A DNA stretch of 64,000 bases, taken from Moniliella sp. 'wahieum' (taxonomy: Eukaryota). Made by a program: the position numbers and the translations under genes. The notes under the pieces were generated by a model that was given only the letters and a program-made list of their open reading frames with translations, was not told the DNA's origin and made no database searches. Positions within the stretch are counted from its first letter, which is position 1; each line of letters begins with the position of its first letter. Shown one piece after another: positions 14,521 to 28,783 of this stretch. The stretch covers positions 434,001 through 498,000 of the forward strand of contig RSEE01000035.1 of assembly GCA_003971905.1 (NCBI GenBank), read 5' to 3'.

Positions 14521-15653
14521 GCTAGGAGGGCCACTCCGGGGACTGTGCCACATGTGGTTTCTTCCCACCCATCGCCCAAGTCTCCCACCAGCCATCCTTC
14601 CCACGCGCGCCCCAGCCCTCGCCCACGTCGAGGCCCACGTTGCTCAGGTTTCCCTGAATGACAGCGCTCCTGCAGCTATGGTCAAACCTCCTCCAACAAA
14701 CCTGAGACTCACGATACGGCAAAAGTTCCTCGCCTTTCTTTTGCTCACTCACCCTCCACCGTCAAGCTTCGCACCATTTTGGCTGAGCTCTCGCTTTCGC
14801 GTTGGCTGATGTGCTCGCCGTCCCATTGACGGCTGATGCGCTCGCCTTCCCGATGCTTGAGCTCGCCGTCTCGGTAGCCAAGTTTGCAGGGTCGGTGGTA
14901 GGACTAACCGTTTCGGTGGCGGAGCGTAGCTCTATCCTGCTGAAGCAGCATCCCAGCATTCTTGAGGTCTCTACCATTCTTGAGACCCAGGAAACCTCTT
15001 CCATTGTTGAAGAGCCGTTCCTTCTCGAGGATGCTCCCATTGTTGAGGAGCATGCCCTTCATCTTGATGAAAAGGTTTCCATTCTTGAAGAGCCTGCCAT
15101 TACGATGGAACCTGCTCAACCGGAGCCGGTTGATGTAGTTGTGACCCAGTCCAGTCCTTGCTCCCCGATTTCGCCCATTCGCACAACTCGCGTTCGAGGT
15201 AAGTTTGACAAGCACCCCACCAAGCTAGCGGCGCAGTTCATACTGCGAAAAATGAGACGGGTTCATTTGGACGTACCGGCACCTGCCCCCTTGTCTAGCC
15301 GCACGGGCCAGCCTCAGCCGGCGGAGCGAACGGTGCTTTGTGTCCAGCGGCGTCAAGCCCGCAAGGAAGCACTGATAATCGAGAGCCAACGGCAGCGGAT
15401 GGAGCGGGCAGAGATGGCCCAGAAACGAGCCGTGTGGGAGAACCAAACGGAATCTGTCCAGGCCGATGAGGCCTCGTTTGCGGTGTGTGCTCTGGTACGA
15501 CAGCAGCATGTGGCCAGAAGGAGGAGAGAGAATGCCGATATGTGGTTTGGCTGCGTTTCCAGCACTGGATGTGTCGTGGCTGGGTCAACGGGATGATGGA
15601 GGATGTGGGGGAGATGTGTGTGGAGTGGGAACAATAGGCACGAGCCGATGAGC
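14521..15653 (+). pseudogene. Copy B: truncated, internally deleted paralogue of the orphan gene at 3.3-6.5 kb
   Basis: ORF 14802-15596 (LELAVSVAKFAGSVVGL...ILEE repeats...ESQRQRMERAEMA) matches the minus strand of copy A; lacks copy A segment about 3391-4957. Confidence 0.7.
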
Positions 15654-16066
15654 ACCCTGGCAGGGCCTCGCTTCTATTACTAGCGCTGTGAGTAACAATT
15701 GGATCTCATATTCCGCGGGCGCGGGCTGTAGGCTGCAATGGGCACAAGCGAGGTTCTGGCGCGCGTGACGCCCACGTGACGGACAACCAACACGGGGGCG
15801 CCAATATACGGGTGGGGCGAAGAGGGTCAAGGAGAAGCGCAGGCCGAGTTACTCTTCTCGGTGGTGAAGACGGCCAGCTACCTGCTTGCCCTCCTTGGGC
15901 ATTGCCAAGGGTGGGGTGTGGCCGAAGTTTCCTCTTGAAGTTGGACGTTGCACGTTCCACATTCAACAGCGAAGCGGACGGAGACAGGAAGAGGCGCCGC
16001 CGGAGTTCCAGCAGCGCACGTGACGCCGCGCAGAAGCTTGGGTGTGGTGCGGGCGGTGCTGGGCCA

Positions 16067-16107
16067 GTGCGGTGCGGTGCGGTGCTGTGCTGTGCTGTGC
16101 TGTGCTG
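16067..16107. repeat. Pentamer microsatellite (GTGCG)/(GTGCT)n
   Basis: gtgcggtgcggtgcggtgctgtgctgtgctgtgctgtgctg. Confidence 0.85.
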
Positions 16108-16284
16108 CGCCCGCCACCGGCCCCACTCATTCGCATCACGTGATGCACACAATGCCCCCTCCCGATCGGCGTGGAGAACACTGCGCTCCTGCCACGTGGC
16201 CCAGCGGGGCTGGGCGGCAGAGTTTGATGGCCGCTGGGCGGCTCTGCCCGCCCCCACCACCACCCCTGCTGGCGGCGAGGCTCC

Positions 16285-19200
16285 ATGCGCCTGACCAAGC
16301 GCATCAATGCGCGCCTCCAGCTCGCCGCTGCCCTCATCGAGGCCGACAACGAGTGGGTCGAGGCTCTGCACGCCGCCGAGAGCGAGCGCGAGGCCGCTCA
16401 TGCCGCCGAACACGCCGCCCTGCCCGTCGGCCTCCGGGCCGAAGTAGCGCTGCGCGAACCATTTGTGCCTCACCCCCTCCCTCCGCTCAAGCTCGCCTCC
16501 GACTCGGCCATTTTCCTTCCCTTCCGCGACGATGACGCCCCCGCGAGGCCCTGGCCCGCGCCCAGGCCCGCGCCGCCGACATGGCCGCCGCTCATGCCGC
16601 TGCGCTCGCCCACCTGACCGCTCCTCCCCCGACACCACCCCTCGCTCCTCCCCCTGACTTGGCCCACGACACTCCTCATTCCGCTCACCCCGACTTGGAT
16701 GCTGTGTCGCCCAACCTGCTTGGTGTCGATCTCCCCTCGGAGCAGGACGCTCGCCGTCGCAGCTTTCTCAGTGGACTGTCGGACCATGGCAATGTGCACC
16801 TCGAGTCTGCGTCCCCGGATGGTGCTGCCATGGAGGGCAATGGAGAGGGAGCGCCACGTGCAGACGATGACGCCCTCTCCGCATGGGGGGTGGACAAGTT
16901 TCTCTCGGCCGATGAGCGGGACAAGGTGCTGAAAGCCCGCCAACGCCAGCGGTCCTCTTCCTTGGGTTCGCCCATCCGCTCAGACGAACCCAGGATGCGA
17001 AGCGCTCGCTCCTCAGCCAGACCACCGAGACGCGTGACGGGGCTGTCCGATAGCGAGGCCATTGGCTCAGTTGCCATGGCCCGTGGGGCTTCGGATTCCC
17101 ACTCTCGCACCCGTTCTCGCTCCATCGCCAGCAGCCGGCACGTCCACACGCCCGATCCGGCATTGATGGCTCGGATTGCTGCCTATCGGCAGAATACAGA
17201 GCCGCTTGGCTCGGCTTCTCGCCCTGGCTCGCCAGAAGTGCGCGACCTCGACGCGCGTCACCAGACCGAGGAAGGACAGAACCACCGCCAAAGTGTTGCG
17301 GCCATCACTGGTAGTGTCTGGCACGAATCCCAGGATGGCGGTGCAGACCTTGCCTCGGTTCAGACCACCTCGACCCATCCTGACGAGCAATCGCTGTTTT
17401 ATCCTCGCTCTCGCCCCGTGTCTACAGGTGGGGACTCCTTTTTTGGCCTCCAGTTACCCGGTCAGACGAATCCTACCGAGAATGGGGGGAATTACAGATG
17501 GACCTCGGTCCCGCCCCGGCTCTTGATCAAGAGGCGGTAGAGACCGGTCACGATTGGGCTGGTGTGGGTGCTTTGGAGGCGGCTCATGCTGCCTTGAGCC
17601 GTCCTGGATCGGCCTTCCTTGCCACCATGTCAGCGCCTCGTGCCCCCTCGCCTGGACCTCACCACGTCCCTCTCGCCCGGGAGGGTGCGGTGCCCGGTGA
17701 CCCCTTTGCTGAGTTTTCCACCGGCGATGCTGGACGCTTTCCTACCCATTTGAACGCCAACGGAATGGCTACCGATGATGAAGATGATGCTCCCTTGGGG
17801 ATGCTGCGCCCTCGCCGCTCCGACAGAGGAACCACTTCGATGCCCATGGATGGCCTCACCACCCGTCAGTTACAGATCCTTGCCGCTGGTGGTACCTTGC
17901 CCGAGTACAATGACGACACGCGCTTTGACTCGTCTGAGAATGTGGGGCGGTCCAACCTGCTTGACCCCGAGCCCGAGTTGGACAAGGGGACGGATCGTGG
18001 CAGGGGCTTGTTTAAGCGGAAAAAACGTACTGTCGAGCCGGCGTTTGAGTCTGAAGCCAACCATGATACGCAGCGCAGGAAAGCCGACCAGCGCAAGAGC
18101 ATGTTCCGCCTCGGTCTCGGCCGGTCGGATGACGGGCCGCAAGAGCTGGGTGACTTGCTGGATGACGAAGAGGACGAATTGATTACGATGAACGCACCGG
18201 CCAATGGCACCGCCGTCAAAACGTGGGCTGGCTCGCGCGTCGCGGCGTCGATGCCCGTTTGCCCACTAACTTGGTCATGCCTGAACCGCTGGTTAACAAT
18301 ACTCAACTTCTCCAGCTTCTGCCACCGGGAATGAGGCAGGTCCAGCTCCAGCGTCAACTGATTGCTCAGGAACGCGCTCAAATCGCCGACTTGGACGACG
18401 ACCAACCTTCCGGCCGTGCCGCCGCCGCAAAAGGGATGCACGTCCCGCCCGGATTTGTACTGCATGACGGCCGCAGTTTGCCTCCCGTACGATTTCTCAC
18501 CGTGGAAGCGGCGGCGGCTCGGACGAATCGACGAGACCTGCGTACGCGGGACCCAGAGCAACGTGCCAAGGACCGGGAGGCTGCGCGGGCCAAGGCGATG
18601 GCACGCAAGAAGGAAGCGGATGAAGCGGTGGACGCCTTCCTGCGCTCTGATCGAGCGGCTGCGCTGGTGGTGCCCGTTCCGACGGACGCGCCGCCAGCGC
18701 TGCGCGAACGAGCGGCGACGGCCACCACGGCCCTGTTCCGGAACCCCCTGGTACACGATCCTGCCGACCAAGATGGGTGGGGGTGGGATACCCAAGCGTT
18801 AGCCGAGACGACCATCCTGGATGCAACGGATGAGGCAGAGCGACGCAAGGCGCGGTTCAAGCTTTCAGCTCGCCAGAAGCGCAAGCTGGCCAAGGCGAAG
18901 CGTGCACGACGCAAAGAGCGTCGCCGGAAGCGCCGTGCCCGTGATGAGATTGTTGCTTCGGGCGGCATTTGGGAAGGCGGAGCTATCTCTGACGATTCGT
19001 CTCCGGATGAATGGGGGATGCGTCCGAGGGCGACACGTCGGCCTCGTCAGACAGTTCGGAAGAGAGCGAGTCTGACCGTGGGTTGATGAAGGACCCGCTG
19101 CTGGGACCCTGTATGGAAAGAGTCTGCTCGACTTGGCCGAGCAGAGGGCCAAGACGCGGAAAAAGCAAACTCGGTACGTTTCCCTTCAGTGGGATTCCTG

Positions 19201-20631
19201 GTTCCTTGTGTGAATTCTTCTGACGTCTTGTTAGCTTTTATGGCGAAGCCGACTTGTTGGCAGTGGATGTGGGCGATGGCTCCTCCATCGCTCCCTCGGC
19301 CCAGACGGCAGGCACGTTCAAGGACAACCCTCTCGGTACTAACGATACTCGGGAGCGTATGGCCGCTGTCTTTGGTTCCTCGCACAGCGAACTGTACCAA
19401 GCCGAGATGCGCCGCCGCAAGAGGCGGATGCGATCGAGGCAGAAGAGGAAAAACAACGGCTCATTCGGGAGGGTAAGTGGGTCGAGCCAGAGCCCGAGCT
19501 TGAGTTCCTTCCCTCTACATCTACGTCCGACTTGCGCTCCATTGGCACGGCCCGGCCGGCGGATGTGGCTACTCTGTCTACCACTCGGGAAGAGGCTAGT
19601 GAGGAGGAGGTGACGCTGGAAGTGGACACGCACCTACGTTGGACGTGGATGTGCTCGCTGCGCACGCCGAGGGTGAAGGAGAGTGGTTTCCGGCGCAAGA
19701 GGAGGAGGAGATGAAGATGGTGACAATGCCCGCAAGGCCAAGAAAGCTGCCAGCACGACCAATCTGTCTCTGTGGTCTGAGGGGCGTCCGGAAGCTGCGA
19801 AGCAAACTGCTGCTGCTGCTAACGATACCCAAACCCTCGATTTGGGAGCCAACTTTGGCGGTGGTTTGGGAATTCCTGGTGTCGACGACTCGGATTCGGA
19901 GGGATCGGAGGATTTGCCTCTGGACCAACTGATGGGCCGCAAGGCGGAGGATTCGGAAGATGAGATGCCCCTGTCGCAACTCGCTAATCGCAAGCACCAG
20001 ACCCTTATGGATGAGATGGGTCTTGCGGAAGATGAATCGGATCAGGACGAGGAGGACGATGCCCCCCTAGGCGTGGTGCATCCTGACCACAAAGAGCAGC
20101 TGGCCAAGATCCAAGCTCTGGCCAAGAAACAGCGCCAACAATCGCGCAAGCTGCGTGCCGAAATCGAGGCGATCAAGGAAGACAACTCCCCTCCCCAGGC
20201 CGACGGGGAGAAGGACATGTTCCAGCTTGGCTCTGACGATGAATCGGAGAGCGACGAGGAGTTGCTGGGTGTCGCCCATCCACAAGCAGCCATCATTGCT
20301 CAGCAGGCTGCTCTGATCAAGGAACTCCAAAAGGAGAAGGCGCAAGCTGAAAAGGAACGTGTGGAGCGCCAGCGCGCTTCCAACTGGATGGGCATGCCGC
20401 CCATGGGCATGGGCATGATGCCGTTCCCCCCCATGGGTGCACCCATGCCAATGGGCATGCCGCCCGGCTTGCCCCCGGTATGCCCCTCCCCCGCCCGGGG
20501 CACGTAGCATGGTTTCCGCTTCGGTGCCTTCGATGGGCCCTGTCGTGCCCCCCCTTCCCGGCATGGGCTTGATGCCCAACGCGTCGCACGACGCTATTGA
20601 CCGATGGCGTCAGTCGTCGGCGGCAGTCTAG
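16285..20631 (+). CDS. Large uncharacterised, largely disordered fungal protein (about 1400 aa); frameshifted
   Basis: Contiguous long ORFs 16285-16617, 16581-17540, 17498-18334, 18223-19086, 19683-20507 with consistent codon bias; intron 19174-19234 (GTACGT...CTGAC...TAG) joins LYGKSLLDLAEQRAKTRKKQT to RFYG; repeated DDDAPLG/EDLPL/DEMPL motifs; ends DAIDRWRQSSAAV-stop. Confidence 0.75.
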
Positions 20632-21367
20632 CTATCGTCTCTCATTCTGGCGCATCCCCTTCCTTGTTCCATCCAATCTACACTCTGCTCTCCCTGCACC
20701 TGACACCCCCCCTCCCCTCCCTTCCCCTCCCCGGGCTTCCTGAACGGGTCATTTGCATGATCGTATCGCATGACGGATCAGTGTCTTGTTTGCCCTCTGG
20801 TCTGGTGGGCTCGCTGTCATCTTCTGCCCTTTCCTTTAGTGGGCTATATCATGCCGAGCCCAGAGGGCCCTATCAATCGATGCATCCCTGGTACACGTTC
20901 TGGGGACTGGACTTTCCCGACCATACCATAAATTCCGATCCATACACCCGCTCACCGGATAGTCTGTGACCAGGTCCGTGTTGTCTGCAACGGGTGGTAG
21001 CCACGAGACACCCGTGTTCCTTTTACTCATCCGCTCCCTCGACTGCACCGTTCACTCGCGACGGCTTGTCAGTTGAGCTCAACGTTCAACCCTCTGTTCT
21101 GCGCCTTGCACCTCTTCCCTCTTGTGATCTTGTTGTGCCACCCACGGTCGCTCCACGGATCGTTGTCTTGTGGCTTTGCTCTGTAGGATGGCTGCAGCCA
21201 CCTGACCTCTGGTCTACATGGCTACTAATGCACATGTTTCAAGCACACGACGAACGAATTGATCCAGTGGCCATATATAGCAGGGCGCCGGCGGGGCCGA
21301 ATCGGATCTTGGCAACCCGTTCGCGGTGAAATGGACAGTACGTCGCGCGACAGCCAAGGGACGACCT

Positions 21368-21668
21368 TCAGTAGGCAAACTCATCTTCAATATCCGCCAT
21401 GTCACCTTCGCCCTCATTGACGGAAAAGGACAAGAAATTTCGAGGGCGGTGGATCTCGTCCCAGAACGCGGCGGGGCGATCGAGGGTGAGGGCATACTTT
21501 AGCGTCGCAGTCCACTGTGCCGACAGCGACAGCCCGTAGTTCCATGCGCCGGACGTGGGCGTCAAGGTAGCGCCAAGTATACTAAGTATTACGGGGGCGC
21601 GAATTGTAGAGATGAGGGAAGGCGACCTTGTACTCGGTGCGGATTTGGGTGCGCATGATGGCCTTGCG
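21368..21668 (-). pseudogene. PRP8: Internally deleted relic of pre-mRNA splicing factor PRP8
   Basis: 21668-21591 encodes RKAIMRTQIRTEYKVAFPHLYNSRPR (Prp8 N-terminal-domain motif IR[TS]EYK[VI]AFP[HY]LYN); 21580-21368 encodes ILGATLTPTSGAWNYGLSLSAQWTATLKYALTLDRPAAFWDEIHRPRNFLSFSVNEGEGDMADIEDEFAY-stop (Prp8 C-terminal WNY...HRPxxFLxF tail). The two are out of frame and joined by 10 nt. Confidence 0.85.
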
Positions 21669-22035
21669 AGGCGGAGGCGGAAGCGGAGGCGGAGAGCACG
21701 GGCGGCGGCACACGCAAGCCCCCGATGGCCAGCCGAGCGTCGCAGACGCTGGCCACGCTCTTCTTCGCGTTTGGGCCACACGCCAGACGCCCGTCAGCCG
21801 CTGGCGCCTCCCTCCGGCCGGTTGACTGCAACCCACCTGCGGCGCACCTGGCCCGGCACGTGCTCCCACGGGGTAGCCAGCGGAAACGGCTACCTCACGT
21901 GACACAGCCGAGCGGAATGGAACAATCACCGGTCGACGTCATCCATTCTGTTCGATCCGCTCGGGCCGCTCTGTGCTGCTCGCCTGCGCCGCCCCCCCAC
22001 CTCCCCTCCCCTGCCGCTGCCCCCGCGTGTCCGCC

Positions 22036-22876
22036 ATGTCTGCGACGGAGCCCAAGAACGACCCGCTTGCCTCCACTGGCAACGATCCCGGCGAGGAGAA
22101 TGACCCCCACTACGAGCCGGTGATCAAGCTTGAGAAGCAGGTGGAGACCAAGACGTTCGAAGAGGATGAGAATGTCGTTTTCAAGATGTGAGCATTGCTG
22201 TTCCTTTGACTTGGGCGCAGGTTCTGGCATGGTGGCTGACCACTGACACTGACCTCTCCCTCTTTGGCCCTCTCGTGCTCGTGCCTCGCAGCCGTGCCAA
22301 GCTTTTCCGCTTCGACCCGAGAGAGGCAAACAGTGGAAAGAGCGTGGGACGGGAGATGTGCGCCTGCTCCAACACAAAGAGTCCAACAAGGTGCGTGTTG
22401 TGATGCGCCGGGACAAGACGCTCAAGGTGTGCGCGAACCACTACAGTACGTTTTTCCCCTTTCCCTCCCACATGCCGTTTGGGTTCTGACGTGCCTGTAC
22501 CTACCCCTCCTCGCCAGTCACGTCCGACATCGAGCTCAAGCCCAATGTGTCTTCGGACCGGTCGTGGGTGTACAATGTGGCTGCCGATGTGTCGGACGGC
22601 GAGCCGCAAGCCGAGACGCTGGCTATCCGCTTTGCCAATGCCGAGAGTACGTGCTTGCTGTTGTTGGTGACCTGTACTGTACTGACTCTGCTCCCCCCAG
22701 ACGCCCAAGCGTTCAAAGCTGCTTTCGAGAAAGCTCAGAAGGGCGAGACACTGGAGCCGATCGAGAAGGAGAGCAAGGAGGCGCCCAAGGAACAACCCAA
22801 GGAGGAGACCAAGGAGGAAGCTACCGAACCAGCTAAGGAAGAGCCCAAGGTGGAACCGACGACAAGCAAAGAGTAA
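22036..22876 (+). CDS. YRB1: Ran-specific GTPase-activating protein / RanBP1
   Basis: [10 protein letters not shown]...[75 protein letters not shown]; introns about 22188-22291, 22446-22517, 22647-22700. Confidence 0.95.
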
Positions 22877-23609
22877 CCCCTCCCCCTCTCTTTCCATTTC
22901 GTTCGCCCCATGCTTGCCTTCAAGCATCGGTCCCACTTCAGGGGATGAGTTGTGTTAAGCCCCAGTTTGAATCCTGGTTGTTTTTTGTTGGTGTAGAACT
23001 CGTTTGTTGGACGCAGTAGGCGCAAGACTGACTGCCAGTTGTGTGTGATAGTGCTTGCTAATGGTGAAGGGGGAATATGGGGTTGGAGGGAAAGACCCGA
23101 CCCCTTCTTCTGCGTGACGGGGTTAATAGATACATCTTGTGTCTCCCGTTCAACGTACAGTTGCTCGATCAATCGTGTTCGCCCCGCGGTCAAATGCGGG
23201 TAAGGTGTTTCGTGGAAGTGGACGGAATGACAGAAGGATAGAGGAGCTGCAGTTATACTGCCGATTCACTCTCTATATCTGGCATCTCTGCGCCTATTGC
23301 AGCTACCTAGCTGAGTAGAGTGAACAGAGAGACACATCTGACGCCTCACGCGCTTGGTTCTATCTGCAAAAGCTCTTCTCATTACATGAACGCTCCGGGA
23401 GATAACATATACCATGTACGAATTGAAGGATGAAAATAAAAGGCGCACAGCCTCGGGTGGGCACAACCATGGATCTTAGCGTTGGTGGCTATTCGACGGA
23501 AAGTAAGAACCACGGGGGGTATGCAAATGGAGGGAGAAGAAAGGAAGCAGAGGGGAGGATAGAGAGAGGGACAAAGAGGGAAGACCACATTCAGGAAAGA
23601 CATGGAACG

Positions 23610-25792
<2,183 letters not shown>

Positions 25793-26581
25793 GGGGGTGG
25801 TGTTGGGGGGGATGGGATGGGAGGAGATGGGATGGGGCAGGAAGAGGCGCCGATAAGCCTGCTTTTAAGCTGCGCAATCGACTGGGACAGGTGTTGTGTT
25901 GCTGTCGGCGCAGCAGTTCCAGCGTCACGCGTCACGCACACCGCAGACACTGCCCCCGTACCCGATGCCGCTTGAGCCCTGCAACGTTTCATCTTATCGC
26001 CTGTCGTATATCCATCGCCAGGCCCAGCCCAGCGCCACCCCCAACCGCGGGACTCCGACGTGCCTCACGTGCCCTCCCGCTCCAACACGCATCCCCCACG
26101 CATCGCCAACCAAACGCGCACACAATCAGCACCGACACAGCCACCCGCACATGTGCCGATCGATCAACATTCCCTTCCCGTTGGCTTGCTGTGGCTTCTA
26201 CACGGTCTCTGCGGCTGTCGTCCGACTCCGCTGCCTCCCCTCTCCGTCCTCGTCTTCACCACATCATCCTTCGACGACAGAGCGTTTCATTTCAGTTTTG
26301 GGGCGACCTGATCCGGTCGTTGGCCAGATCGATCAGTGCCACTCGTCCGCCGCCATCGAACGAGCAAGACAGGGAGCAAACAGGAAGCAAACAGGGTGCA
26401 AGACAGAGAGCAAGACAGGAAGAAAGGCCAATAAGGGAACATGCGGTATACATAACATAAAGGTGCAAAGCTAGAGTATAGACTCAGTGCAGCCGTCACG
26501 GCTAACAAAAATGCGATCCCGTGCGCCCACTAGCCCAGAGGAGGCAAAGCAAGCAGCAGTCACGGCCATGGTTCCATCGTC

Positions 26582-28783
26582 TCACGAGCTCTTTTCCCGC
26601 AACGACTCGTGCACGATAAACTCATTCAACGCCTTGCCCGCCGCGACCATGGGGAAGACGTGCTCGTTGCGCGCCACGCGCGCCTCCATAAAGATGGGCT
26701 TGTCGTTGGGTAGTTGAGGAACTCGTCCATCTTGGCTGGCAAGTCCGCCGCATTGTCCACCCGCAGCGCCTTGATGCCCATCGCCTCGGCGAGCTTGACA
26801 AAGTCGGGGTTGGTCATCTTGGTGTGCGCATACTCGGCATTGTAGAACAAATCTTGCCATTGCAACACCATTCCTTGAAACTCATTGTTCAGCACCAGCA
26901 CCTTGACTCCAATCCCAAACTCGGCCGCTGTGGCGAGCTCCATGGCCGTCATGGAGAAGGAGGCATCGCCATCAATGTCCACCACCGTCTTTTCGGGCGA
27001 CGCCACCTTGGCACCAATCGACGAGGGCACACCAAAGCCCATCGTGCCCAGCCCGCCCGAGGAAACCCACGTGTGCGGGTCGGTCCATCGGTAAAACTGG
27101 CACGCCCACATTTGATGTTGCCCGACCCCCGTGGCAATGATCGTGTCCGCCTTACGGCCCGCCTTGGTCACCGCCGCATCGAGCGCAGTAATCACCTCTT
27201 GCGGCTTGAGCATCTCCCCCTTGGCCGGGTCCGAAGGCGTAAACGTAAACGGATACCTCTCCTTCCACGACTGAATTGCCTCCAGCCACTGGTGGCGATC
27301 GGATTTGGGCACGGCCTTCACCTGGGGCAACATGGCTCCCAAATTCTTCACCACATCTCCCTCAATCGCACACGTAGCCTGCACCACCTTGTTGATGTTT
27401 TTCGGCATAATCTCAAAGTGAATAATGCCGCCACGACCCTCGAGCGCCGCCTTGCGCGCCACGGGCGCAAACTCATCCACCCGCCCCGTCACACGGTCAT
27501 CAAACCGAGCGCCCAGCGCAATAATCACATCCGCCTCTTGCATGGCCAAATTGGCATACGCTGAACCGTGCATGCCAAGCATATGAAGCGACAGCTCGTT
27601 CGTCTCGGGGAACGCACCCAAGCCCTGGAGGGTGGTGGTGACGGGGATGCTCGCCGTCTCGGCAAGCGAGCAGCTTGGGTCCCTCGGGCGAGGAGAGGAT
27701 GCCCGCGCCAGCGTAAATGACAGGCCGCTTGGCCTGGTTAATCAGACGCGCCGCCTCGGAAATGGGCGAGGACAAGACAGGGGCCGAGGCGGTGGCGGCG
27801 GGACGGGGGCGGAACGGCACGGCGCACAGCCGTGGCGCGAAGGAAGCGCCGCCTCGTTAGGGCGGGTGCTGGAAAAGGGCAGCGGGTGCTGCAGCACACC
27901 CGCGGTAATGTCCTTGGGCAAGTCGACCAGCACCGGACCAGGGCGACCCGAGGTGGCAATCTTGAACGCTTCGTTGATCCGACGCGGCAACTCGTCCACA
28001 CTCTTGACCATCACGTTCCACTTGGTGCAGGAGCGCGAGATGCCAACCATGTCGGCTTCTTGGAACGCGTCCGAGCCAATCGCACTCGTCGCCACCTGGC
28101 CACAGAACACAACCAGCGGAAGCCCATCCGACAGCGCATCTTGCATCGGCGTCACCACATTCGTCGCGCCCGGGCCTGAGGTAACCAAAACCACACCGGG
28201 CTTGCCCGACACACGAGCGTAGCCCTCGGCCATGTGGCCCGCACCGTCCTCGCGACGGGGCAGGATAAAGTCAAAGTGCGGCGACTTGTGGATCGCACTA
28301 AACACAGGCAAGGCCGCCCCACCGGGGTAGCCAAACATGTGCTTGACACCGTGGCGCATCATCATCTCGTGAAAGATCTGGCCACCCGTCATGCCGACAA
28401 AGGAGTGGTCCAGCTGCTCCTCCTCGGCTCGTGATGGCTCCGGAGTAGGCTCGGGGGTTGGAACGAGGGGGCAGGGGTGGGCCGCGTGTACTCACTGCAC
28501 CAGAGCGCAGCAACACAGAGGCAAGGTCAGTCAGTACCAGAGCGCAAAAGAGAAGGAAGAAGGCAGTGGTGCAGCGCACACGTACTTGATGTTGGAGGCA
28601 GCAGCAGCCACGGCACTGGCTTTTGGGAGGGCTCGAGTAAGCGCGACGGACCGAGGTGTGGCGGAGCGCAGCGAGGACCGGGGCAGGACAAGGCCGGGGG
28701 GCGGCCAGCGCAAGGGCAGCGGGCGGGGCGGCAAGGGCGTGGGCCTGGGCGGCGGCTCGCCTGCGGAGCATGAAGGCAGACAT
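26582..28783 (-). CDS. ILV2: Acetolactate synthase catalytic subunit, mitochondrial
   Basis: Arg/Ala-rich presequence, [74 protein letters not shown]...[13 protein letters not shown]; intron near 28491-28584. Confidence 0.97.

Noticed and set aside
21591..21668. PRP8 intein or homing endonuclease as cause of the relic
   Set aside because: No intein or LAGLIDADG sequence present; the known insertion site lies in the deleted part, so it cannot be assessed.
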